In this document: piece by piece, positions 12,925 through 23,746 of the stretch
Numbering within the stretch: position 1 is the stretch's first letter
Layout of the letters: each line of letters opens with the position of its first letter
The notes under the pieces: model-generated
Database searches by the model: none
What the model was told of the DNA's origin: nothing
What the model saw: only the letters and a program-made list of their open reading frames with translations
Source: Takakia lepidozioides
Taxonomy: Eukaryota; Plantae; Bryophyta
Direction of reading: 5' to 3'
DNA: 64,000 nucleotides
Assembly: GCA_030704615.1 (NCBI GenBank)
Contig: CM060732.1
Location: 41,292,001-41,356,000, forward strand
Made by a program: the position numbers and the translations under genes

Positions 12925-13025
12925 TATGACTTCAAAGAATTACCTATAGTCTGCACCTACTGGAACTCAACCACCTCATAGATTCTACACTTAGCAGACT
13001 ACAGGGAATTTGCTCCAACTCTTGT

Positions 13026-15495
13026 ATGCATTACCTCTTCGAGACAACCAACACAGAGGACACATGGACACCACCAAGTCACTCTTATGCCAGCAGTTAT
13101 CCAAGAATAGATACTAACTGTGACATTAACACCTTCAATCAAGTCACTAATAATATCACGAATACAACCTCACCCCATCAGCTGTACCCACAACCCCCAA
13201 CGTTGAACTTCATATCCCTTGCGCACACGTCCCAGCAGGTCAATAAATTCAGCACAACCTCTAGCCTCCATATCACTCGCCACCACAAACTTCGCGATCA
13301 TTTTGACCTGGGCCCAGCAGTTTGCAAACCCAGTCACCTCATCCCATTTACTGCACCTAATACAACTAGCTGTTATGCCACACCCTGCCGCAACGGTAAG
13401 ACTGTACATTACACTACACGAACATCTAAGTACAAGTACAGTGCAGCCTCTCTTCAAACTACACTCGGTACAATGACCACCTCTCTTCCAGCCTCTGCTT
13501 GTGCCCGAATGATACAGCTTACAGGTCTTGCTGCTACACTATCGTCACTCGACCCATTTGACGCAGCTCTACTTAATACAATGCAACTCGACGTTCCTTT
13601 GGAGCAAAGTCCAACTCCTTCACGCTCCTCTGCATTTCGATACACCTTGGAGGAGTTGAAGCTTGGCGATACTCATTTCTCAGATGTCACACAAACTCTA
13701 CTTGCCAAGAGAGCCACCAACAATACTGATAGCACTCACTCTACTCAGGCCACTACGCCAAACAAAAGAGGCCGCAGTGAACATCTCCCCCAACGTACAC
13801 CATTGGAACCCACGATGTACTACTTATGGATGGGCTTTCAGACCATGGAGAGCTTGGCGATTGCGCTAGACACCCCTATCATTGAAGACACTCGGTCAAT
13901 CGACCAGTTACTCCAGCTTGGTGTCCCACAAGAAGAATGGGGAGATTGTTACAAGTCCCAAAGCTTTCCCGCACATTCCTCAATCGCTCTACCCTTCGCG
14001 TAGGCCAGATGACAAGCCAGGGCAATTTCTTCACTTCACTCAGATTCCCAAAGGTACCGAAATTGACCTCCTCACTGGTCTTTCCGATGGATACCAAATT
14101 CTAATTCGTTTTGAAAAAAGTCACAAAATGGCTTGCAAGGATGTCTTGGCAATGACAAAATCCCGATTCACCAGCATGAAGATCCAGTTGGGCACAACGG
14201 TCCTCCACCCAATCTCTATCTTTGGGCAAAAACAAGACATTACCACCTGGTCTGGTTTAATCAAGGTCTGTCTTCAATATCCGGAGATAGATGCCATGGC
14301 TCTTCTGAAAGGAGACAGGGCATTTGTTCTGGAAATGCCCACTGGATATAAAGTTCAAGGGAAAGTGGAGAAAAGATTTGAGCTAGACATTAGGTGACTA
14401 CCTTACACTATACATCAAGGGAGAGACTTTGGAAGGACAGCTTGCCACACAGATCACAACGACAATCATCTACGATGCATATCATGCTGGAGACGAACTA
14501 GAGCTCCTCTACGTTGGTAAGCCCAGTCCATCTTCAAACTTCGTTTTCCTCCATACAACATCTGAGGATTCGCGTGCCAAAACCCTGAAACACATGGTTA
14601 GACACAACAACGAGATTTTGAAAGTGCTAATTCGAACGCCTAGTATCAATGGAGCGACAGTTTCCACCAAAGAGCGAAATGCTGAATGAGATGCTCTCAT
14701 AGTTCTTGTCAAGAAGATCCACATCATGATTCCCCAGGCAGACGTCCTCGCTTCCATCCAGCGCCTCATTGGTATCGACAACATTCTCGGCACATACTTC
14801 AGTAACACACTCCCAGGCGAGGCAATCTTACATGCAGGTACATTGCATGTTACATGCAAAAATGCAACTGTATACAATCTGTGGAAAAATAAGTCATATC
14901 TTCCGTTCATGGGAAGGTATGTAGATATCATCCCCCACCCTCGCAGTCTCAATGGTTCAATTGCAGTTGCACCTGAAACACTGCAGAGGCTTCAAATCGA
15001 TGATATCAACAAGGCATTTGCAAATATTGTTGAAACAATTCAGATCCGTGCAACCCCGAAGTTCACTCAGCTTAAACAAGATCTTTTGTCTTGTATTGAG
15101 GACAAACACATTGAGCACAAGCCGGAGCTCTCGAAATTCCAGGCAAGTGTGTGGTACATGGGATTGAGGATCAAACCAAAGTATACATGACCAATCTCAA
15201 GGCTACTATTTCAGGTGAAATTGCGCTCAATATGTCATCATATCAAACCCAGTTCAACTCCATGATGTCCAAACTCCCTGCTTTCGCTCTATCGAGGCTT
15301 CAGATTGCAGCGGGCGATCCGACCACATCCACGATGTCGCCCACACAGCCTCAGGCTCTCTTTAACTACATTCCGCCACTTACTCAGCTTGATGCAATGC
15401 CCACTCAGGGCTCTGATCAGTCGACCCCTATGATCACTGAACTCCTGCAGCCGATACCTACTAACCTGGCACGGAAGAGACAGGTTAATGATTGA
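13026..15495 (+). pseudogene. Frameshifted ORF1-like coding region of the retrotransposon
   Basis: Chain of consecutive same-strand ORF pieces (13026-14003, 13882-14397, 14429-14689, 14726-15190, 15151-15495) broken by single stops or frameshifts, upstream of the APE-RT ORF. Confidence 0.6.
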
Positions 15496-15755
15496 AGTAT
15501 GAAGGTTCTCTTCTCATAGTGCTCTGCATAATATAGTTACCAGAAGATGCAACTCTTGTTACCTCCCATGTAGATATGTTGTTTTGCAACTAGTTGAAAT
15601 CCTGAACCAGACCATATCTACTAACCTTGCATGGAAGAGACAGGTTAATAACTGAAACATGAAGTTTTTCTTTTCATAGTACTTCGCATAATAAGGTTGC
15701 CAGACAATGCAGTTCATGTTGTCTCTCATACATCATATATGTTTTATTTCAACTT
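15441..15755 (+). repeat. Diverged ~160 bp tandem duplication spanning the ORF1 stop
   Basis: CTACTAACCT.GCA.GGAAGAGACAGGTTAAT...TGAAG occurs at ~15458 and ~15619, with continued similarity downstream. Confidence 0.8.
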
Positions 15756-16314
15756 ATGTTATGCTTTACTGTAAATGCCCAGTGCACCACTGCTCAATTG
15801 TCCTTGCACCAAGGCTCTCAGCTATTTCCATCACATACTTGTCTCTACAGAATGCCCAACTTTCAAACCCATGGATATCATCCAAATAACACACTCCACA
15901 TTCATCCAAGGGGTAATGACTCTTTTGCACTATCCCTTTCATCCCCATTCACACCAAGACACGAAATAGAAAATTATAATAAAAATAATACAATAATTAA
16001 AAATAGAAGTAATAAAAATAATTCTCATATATTTGGACTCCGTATGTTCATGACACATAAACTGAAACCCAACAATATTGCATATATACATACAGTATTA
16101 CACCCAAATATATTACAAGCGCCTCGTATATACTTGATAATACCAAGCCCCCAAAACATCCGCTGTCATACGAAACCTAGCGTACCAACCCCAATACAAA
16201 ATATGGTCAATCATCCCCCAAAGACGACAAAAGATAGATACACCTCAGACTTCTGCCCTACCGCAATTACTCTAAAGCTAGAACCACGCCAAATAATACC
16301 ACAACCAACCATAT

Positions 16315-17552
16315 GTGAAGGATTACAGAGGAGGAGTTAATTGGGTTATTTGAGAAATCTGCAATTTGTTGTAGTATATCTTGGGTAAGAGGTGCATCAT
16401 CTGGATGTGAGGGCATATATAGATGGATAATACTGAATTTTGGATAGGGACCGATGTGTATTTGCACTATTTGTAGGTGGGTTTTGAGGTGAGATGGGAT
16501 AGTAATCTTGGAGGTTGTATCTTGCGAGTGCATGGATTTGTGTATTCCAATTGCTACCCCTCCCCGAGCTAGTTGATACGGTAAGGCGCGTCTACTGGTG
16601 TATTTTTCTGGTGAGGGAGGGCTACCGTATATCAAATGATATTTATGTAATATCTTATTTATGTACGTATTAGACGTATGGGATTGGAGTTTGGTTTCTT
16701 GCAGTAGTATAATGTGTGGGGGATTCGGCTCTTGGAGTATAAGTGATAGGGTGGGGACACTAGAGGCGATGGAGCCGACGTTCCATGAGGGGCTGATCTA
16801 GTAGACAGTCTTGCTCATCAGGAAGAGGGTTGTTTGGAGGCAGGGGTATAGCTTGTGGTGCGTTTAGTATGATGTCAGCAAGATTAACTGACGTGGTTGG
16901 TTGTGGTGTATGTTTGGATGTGCAAAAACCAGGTAGACATTGAGGGTGTTTAGTGTGGCAGAGAGGATCTCCGGTGATATGAAAGAAAACTTCATGGTGA
17001 TATGTTGTAGGATATGGCAAGATGTGGGTGGGAGAGATAACAGATACGTTGTGAGTAGTTGGTGAATTTGACCAGGTGGAGCTTGGAGGAGATCAAGAGA
17101 GTTGTGAAGACAGTTGAGGGGGTGTGGCGGGGCTTTATATTGTGATGGGTGTTCAGGGAGTGTTTGGAGTTTTGATAGTGTGGATAGTATGCGTTTCTCC
17201 AGTTTTTCAGAGAGTAGGATGTCACATCTTTTTGGTTTTGGTGATATACATATAATATATGTAAAAAATACATGGTCTTTAGGATAGCATCTGAGTTTGT
17301 AACTATTATGAGTGAGAAATTGGTGCTCAGATGTGGTTATACCATTTGGAGGTGCATCCGGATTGTCTGGGTCAAGAATGTATTGTGGTTTAGGTAGGAA
17401 CGGGTCAAAGATATCGAGAAGATGTTTATACTGTAATTTTAGCATAATTGTGGAGGGGTAAAAGTATATGTCATATCTTGTTTTGGCCACTTTGGATATG
17501 CGTTTGAACCGTACAGCTAAATAGTGAGTAATTTGTGAAGGGGTGAGTGTAT
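16315..17552 (-). pseudogene. Inverted internal segment of the LINE carrying the N-terminal half of the APE endonuclease
   Basis: Minus strand from 16788 reads SWNVGSIASSVPTLSLILQEPNPPHIILLQETKL...ARGGVAIGIHK...IIHLYMPS...SSVIL. Base composition flips to G/T-rich on the plus strand over this interval. Confidence 0.85.
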
Positions 17553-17947
17553 ACTTCAATAGAGACCTAACCCTACATGACAGATTGTATAACGGAGTAC
17601 ATTCCCCTCCCTCGTTAAAAGATATAGAGTTGACATCTTACACCCAAAATCTTGGATTCCAGTACATCCCCTCAAACCAACCTTTCTCGAGGCAAGGAGG
17701 ACTGGACTATACCTCATATAGTATCATTGATGGCTATTATCTCAAAACACCTAACAACAACCGTACACAATTACACAACACAATACTATATGACCCCATA
17801 TATAACTTTGACCACTCCCCAGTTCTCCTCCGCATTCCATCACATATTATACCAATAAGTCCAATCTTGAACGACCTCTCCTTGGATACAAGACCTCGAA
17901 TACCTACTCCTATCTCACCCCTTGTCCATCCTGGCTTTCCAGACTAA
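17553..17947 (+). pseudogene. C-terminal half of the APE endonuclease
   Basis: FNRDL...SYSIIDGYY...NFDHSPVLL matches the (GD)FN, S.ID and (S)DH.PV motifs of APE-type endonucleases. Confidence 0.8.
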
Positions 17948-18829
17948 ATTTAGATCCATATCCTCCACAACCATCTCGGAACTACAAACTATACTAGACC
18001 GATGCTCGTTGAACCCCCCCCTCTCAGATCTGGAATGAGGCGAGCTCTAAACTGCAACAAATTTTTACTCAAATCACAGAATGCACGTTTGACACATGTA
18101 TAATGGCTCACACCTCCCCCCCGACTGGAAGATCCAAAATAAATGGAGGATACCTAACTAGAACACAACAAAGACAGTGGCAAAATGAACTAAACACACA
18201 TCATACAATCTGAAAAACTATTACAGTACTCTCAACCACTCCACGAGACCCCCATGGAGAAACGCCCTGCATATCACAGCCCTCTGTACAATCCCTACAT
18301 GTTACATAACTTTCCCGGTACCTCAGGATGATGATGACATTCAAACATGGATTAAATCAATCCCCAAAATTGGCCGAGACGCCAAAAAAACTGCTTATAA
18401 TATTACCAAAGAGCAAGCTCGGCATAATCAAAAGAAATTTATCCAAACCTATTGTAAAATGTTGCAAGACAAGCCTCGTGTCATTCATAAATCAATCTTC
18501 AACTCTTCCCCCTCTCTCCCTTGACTAGCGATCCGGGACACAGCTGGAATCCTACACACTTCCTCAAATTCAATAAATAAAACCATTTACCAACAGGCCT
18601 CATCCATGTACCAACCATAAACCCATGCATGCTTCCAGCCCTCCTCTCATATATAACACTGTGTATGCCAAGCTCGCCATTATCCATGGCACGACATCGA
18701 TGGATTCAAATTAGAACGAAGAGGCCCTCTGAACATAGACCTGAGTGCATCCCTCACCCCCGAAATCTATCACACATGTCTTAGATCGTTATCCAACCAG
18801 ATAATATACCTAATGATATTCTCAAAGCA

Positions 18830-19305
18830 TTGGACCCATATTTACATCGATTAATCTTTCGATTCTTTCTACTATGCTATCAGCTACATCAAATACCCAA
18901 ACCTTGGAAAAAGAGCAGAACAATACTGATTTATAAAAAAGATGACCCCACTCAACTTGGTAACTATAGACCCATAGCCCTCGCTAATACCATATATAAG
19001 TTATTCACCAGTACCCTAACCAACCTCCTCACGTCCTATGGAGAGCAGCACCATATCCTCAGTGACGCACAAGAGGGATTTAGGACTGCAAGAAGTACAA
19101 CTAGACAAATCCAACTCATTATCTCTGCCCTTGAGGATGCACGATATACACATCAAGATATATACTTATTATACATTGACTTTAAAAATGCGTTTGGCTC
19201 CATTGACCATGCCCGCATGCTTTCTGTCATGTTCGATCTCGGATACCCGACAGATGCAGTCATGCTCGTTGGCAATATATATACAGAGAGCACCACCATT
19301 TACTC
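18830..19305 (+). pseudogene. Non-LTR reverse transcriptase, N-terminal half (C-terminal half with YADD missing)
   Basis: WKKSRTILIYKKDDPTQLGNYRPIALANTIYKLF...QEGFR...YIDFKNAFGSIDH. Similarity stops after IYTESTTIYSG. Confidence 0.92.
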
Positions 19306-20490
19306 GGGTCCCTCGCTTGCATGTATCCACTCGCCGCTCCTTAGAACCTTGCACATCCTCAAACACATGCATATTATTATTAATACATCACTACCTAATA
19401 TTCAACTCCACACTTCACCCCTAGAAATAGCATGGGATACAAGTCCACAACAATGCATCTTTGACCCAAATAGTAGACCCCACAAACAAACCACCTTGAA
19501 ATTCTTTATGCAGTACAATATATCTACAATTTTGCAACTAACAGATGCAACTGGAACCAAGCTTATCAACCCACACGGTTTTCGTCTAAAATACCCTAGA
19601 CCATTAACGCGTTCCCAACATATCCACTTAGGTCACCTACAAACCATTTTCTGCTACCCCACAACCGCCTGCCAAAATAATTGCCCCATAAACTGTGCGA
19701 CTTCACCCCATCATCCATGAGAGCTTCTACCTCAGTACCGCTCCCAACCTACACGCCCCCCACTCGCTAGACTGTTTGCCCCCATATCTCATCCAAGCGC
19801 CGCTCAACCTATAACTGCCCAAACAACGGATCCACAACAACCTGACACAACCCAGTTAGTACAAACCCTACTGGAACCCCACTATGAGCTTCAAGAAATA
19901 CAAGGTATCGTTAAGAAAATGCGAGTGGACCAATATGGAGCCTCGTGCGCTGATACTATGTACCTGTGTAAATGGAAATGTGACCCCGACAAGAAAGCCA
20001 CTTGGGGACATAATGACACCCTCTTTAATCACCTATCAATACAACAATTACAACACAATATCCAAATGATAGCTGATTATTACCGCAAAACCAACATTAA
20101 CTATTTGGCGCATATTCATAATCAGCATATTACGGAACTGCAAACTTATGACAAACGTTTCATTAGCCCACCACGAAATGTGTCCAACCTACATATTTCT
20201 CAAGACGAGTGCAACCCAGACATCGATATTCTCTGCACCCACCCAAAGATCCAGACCCACGCTGGTCTTGCCTACATATATAGACCACTAGGCTGCTACA
20301 TTGGAAGCATATCGCTTGCTAGATTGAACTGGCTATGGAATATGTCCAATTTAAACCCCTACCTAGCTTGCAACCCCAGATCCCGACAACATTTGAGACA
20401 AAAATTTCCACACTCCTCCAGCGCTATGCTCAAGATTTGCCCCCCAAGTGTCCAACCACAACCAACAAGCTCTCTCTCGCACGTTCTCAC

Positions 20491-20775
20491 TCAACCTTAC
20501 CCATGGCCCTCCTAGACTTTCTTACAACAGAACTTAAACTCACTCACTCATACTACTCTAACCCTCTCACATGCCCCATAGGGATGAAGAGTTACTCCAG
20601 CTTGTATAACGCAGACCAGTGTTTTGGCTCTCTAGGCTTGGCCAGATCTCATCACTGGCAAGGTAGAGGATTTGCGCACCCCCCGGACTCTAGTACAGCT
20701 ACCGAAGCAATCCATTGGGCAAGAATAGATGCCCATATATTCACAGAAGCTTTTACCGTATTGTACATCCCGCAC
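20491..20775 (+). pseudogene. PCIF1/CAPAM-like N6-adenine methyltransferase domain within the LINE
   Basis: SNPLTC..YSS...D..FGSLG...W.G..FAHPPD parallels the recalled PCIF1 pattern FASPLNC..YCS...D..FGSRG...GSFEANPPF. Confidence 0.65.
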
Positions 20776-21024
20776 AATAATCACAATAACACTGATCACC
20801 CTATATTGGCTAGCCCCCCCGGAATGTTCACATTTGCTATATTTGACCCACATACAATCATCTATGAATCAACCCACCATTACCAAAGTATATGAAATAT
20901 CCAGAGCCATCCCTAACTAAACTAGTTTATGTACACCATTCAGGCAGCCCACAAATACCATGTTTTTTTTTTTCATAATTAAAATAAATATTAAACCAGT
21001 TGTTTGGCACTACTGCCATAGTCT

Positions 21025-21711
21025 ATGAACCGCAACAAGTGCCCCACATCTACCCTCGCATCAACCAAGACAAACCATGGAATATGGCCACCCCACGACC
21101 ACCTTGTCTCCACTGTAAACATCCCATTATCCATGGACTTCACATTACTCGACATAATCAAGGAGTTTGGCAACTCCATAAACTTCTTCTCACACACCCT
21201 AAAACTAGATGGTACAACCTCATTAATGCAGGCATATTCCAAGGTAGGCCACCGGACCACACAATACCTTCATGGTTGCTACCATGTATATGCGCTAATC
21301 ACCCATGCCTCTGTCTGGCAAGATTATGCCCAAATATTCTTTTTCTCCAATGACTCCCCGTCTCGTCGGCAAAACCAACAGGTCCACTCCCCTCCCTCAC
21401 TATTCACATCATTGAATTTGCCTTCTGTCATGACAGAGATCCCGACCAATCCATTTATGTTCAAACGTGAAAAATACAAACCCCTAGTTCTCCGTCGATA
21501 TGGAGCGAACACTGCCCCTCTGACAATTATCACCGCTCGTGTCAGAGGGGGAGCTCATTGTCACAACAATCTAATCCTAAAAGAAAACCTTAAACTACCT
21601 CATAAATATACCACCCCCCTATTACGATCATTACACCTCACGGCCATCACTTCACTAACAGCCATTATCCTCAACAAAAGAAAGATTGAAAGTGGCCAGC
21701 TTGCTGCTTAG
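21025..21711 (+). pseudogene. CCHC knuckle plus restriction-like (PD-D/ExK) endonuclease, frameshifted
   Basis: Joining frames gives KCPT...HLVST/CKHPIIHGLHITRHNQ...RLCPNILFLQ...IHIIEFAFCHD.../KREKYKPL...IITARVRG, the layout typical of RLE-bearing LINEs. Confidence 0.75.
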
Positions 21712-21731
21712 TAACTGGTTTCTGTTACCAT

Positions 21732-21827
21732 AGAGCCCACCCCCGAAAGGGAGCAGTACCCACACGGGGAAGAGGCTCTTATTTACGCTGGTTTCGGCTG
21801 GCGTCATATATATATATATATATATAT
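21732..21827 (+). other. Structured 3'-terminal RNA element of the LINE (three-way junction, UUCG hairpin, (TA)n)
   Basis: AGAGCC-CAC-C[CCC GAAA GGG]A-GCAGTA-[CCC ACAC GGG]-GAAGA-GGCTCT-TATTT-[ACGCTGGT TTCG GCTGGCGT]-CA(TA)n. Confidence 0.7.
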
Positions 21828-22589
21828 TCACGTTTGTGCAACGAATCAGCTGTCAACAGCGTAGTCGTAATGCGAGCAATTTTGTGCAGCCTAGCTTAAA
21901 CCTAAATCTCTCTTGCGGCTTGGTAGCTTCGGGATTCAATTCCTGCTACTTTGTCTTGTGTGTATGATTTGTTTCGTGGCCTATCGATTTGGGGGTGACG
22001 TTTGTTCTTGTGATATATGCCCAATGGCTTATATGAAAAGGAGGTTAAACTTTCCTTCTCTACAAGGGCCTGAATGGATGGATAACAATGGATGGATGAA
22101 AAGTCTAGAGTCTATTGCAAATGGCTATCTAGAATGAGACCCTTCGTTTAGCATGCTAGATTGACTTTCTAGCTTAGACTTTCGCCCTTATTCTTTGCAA
22201 GCCTTCTCAACTCTGGAATGTAGGCCAGCAACTCTTATCCATGATTTCGTTGCCTCATCATGGGATCGGATGGAGGCACATCCTCTACAGTTGATTACCA
22301 ATGTTATTTTTTTCTGTTATAATTCATTTTTAAAGTAATTGAATTCCAAGATCCCCTTGTTTTTCCAAAAAACAGAACAAAACAAAACAATTTTTATCTT
22401 TATTCTTATCCAACAAATATTATGAGATTTTAATGTAGGTATTTTATCATACCAATAAAATAATTATAAATACTTGTGACTTTTTTTCGCATGCAACTAC
22501 AATTCACACTTATAAATATCATATCTAACATATTAGACGGACTAGAAATCTGCATTTATTACTTTGACATTATATTCTTTGCAACCAAC

Positions 22590-22665
22590 TATACATATAT
22601 AACGCCTCCCGAAGGAAGCGTAAATTATGGTGTCTGTTGACCCCGAAGGCCTATTGCCTTCCAGC
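22590..22665 (-). repeat. 3' tail copy of SINE family A
   Basis: CGCCTCCCGAAGGAAGCGTAAATTATGGTGTC is the exact reverse complement of 2612-2643, and the match continues into the junction region. Confidence 0.8.
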
Positions 22666-22887
22666 TTTGCTATCAACATATCTCATTAACTAGGAGGAGC
22701 CATGTTGGGACGAGCCCCTTGTTAAAATCAGGGGATAACAACGAAAATATAACCTTGAAAGGAAACCATGAAGTTAGAGAAAGGAAACAACCCCACCAAA
22801 GGTAGAGAAAGGGGACACTACCCCTGACAACTATTGTCGAGATGAAAACCTTCAATTCTTGCAACATTTCTGTTATGCATTAATCAA

Positions 22888-22932
22888 GCGTAAATTATGA
22901 TGTCACTTCACCTTGAAGGACTAGCCTTCCAC
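22888..22932 (-). repeat. Further 3' tail fragment of SINE family A
   Basis: Reverse complement reads GGAAGGCTAGTCCTTCAAGGTGAAGTGACATCATAATTTACGC. Confidence 0.65.
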
Positions 22933-22962
22933 TTTTTGATGGCCATACCGTAACAACAATAC

Positions 22963-23746
22963 CCCGGGGAGGTCACTTCCAAAAGTTTCCAACCGACGTG
23001 CAAAAAAATATAGGGTGCAATTTATTCACAAAAGATAAAAATTAGAATTTTTGTAAAAGTAATAAAGGGTACATTATATTGTGATCAGTGAATTTAAATT
23101 AAAATAATGACTGATTTTAATTTTTTCTTAAAACTAATATAGGGTTGAGATAAATATCTATGAAAAATTCCAAAAACATATACATGCTCTTAGGGGAAAA
23201 CTTAATACTTACAAAAAAATAGTGGCTAGAAAAGTTCAAAAAATGAGAAGGAAGGCAAGGAGCAGGTGGGGGATATCGCGACAGTCTATTGATCTCCTAA
23301 ATAGACCAACCACACCAGTTATGGTGTTATTAAACTACTTCTCAAAATCTAGAGGACAATTTAAATTCAAATATGATCATACCGACAACAAGTGGGTAGA
23401 TGTAGATTCAATTATTAGTTAAGTCACTATGACTTTCGATAGAGCGCAAAACGTTTGTACTTTGAATGCGGATGATGCAAATGCTTTAAATGAATTTATT
23501 TCAACCAAATAATAAATTCATTTGTTTTGTAAAAAACATTCTTTTATTGTATTATTAATATAGGGTGCCTTATATTTGTTTGAAACAAAAAATTATAATT
23601 AAAATAGCATGCCAAAAAATCACCATATTACAAAATTATGTAATTATAGAGTACTAAAAAATACCCAAAGTAAAAGTAATACCCCCTACAAAATACCCAT
23701 TTATCTCACGTGCCCTATACAAGTGATAGAGAGTGATTCCCCCGGG
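22963..23746. mobile_element. Non-autonomous DNA transposon (784 bp) with CCCGGGG..TCACT TIRs and 8-bp TSD; superfamily not assigned
   Basis: Left end CCCGGGGAGGTCACT, right end reverse complement CCCGGGGGAATCACT. Perfect TSD AACAATAC at 22955-22962 and 23747-23754. Coding-like remnant at ~23310-23510. Confidence 0.85.

Larger units (their letters stand above)
12930..21827 (+). mobile_element. Decayed Dualen/RandI-like non-LTR retrotransposon (ORF1-like region, APE, RT, chromo-like, methyltransferase-like, CCHC, RLE; (TA)n tail)
   Basis: Strong C/A strand bias. APE motifs SWNV..IILLQETK..GGVAI..LYMP / FN..IDG..DHSPV. RT NYRPIAL..QEGFR..YIDFKNAFGSIDH. C-terminal H..C..RHN..P(N)IL..IIEF..C.D..KREKYKPL. 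Structured 3' end followed by (TA)n. Many stops and frameshifts. The 5' boundary is approximate. Confidence 0.8.

Noticed and set aside
21732-21804. Known self-cleaving ribozyme (hammerhead, HDV-like, twister, hairpin)
   Set aside because: Lacks the hammerhead CUGANGA/GAAA core and I could not fit the other folds; kept only as an unassigned structured RNA.
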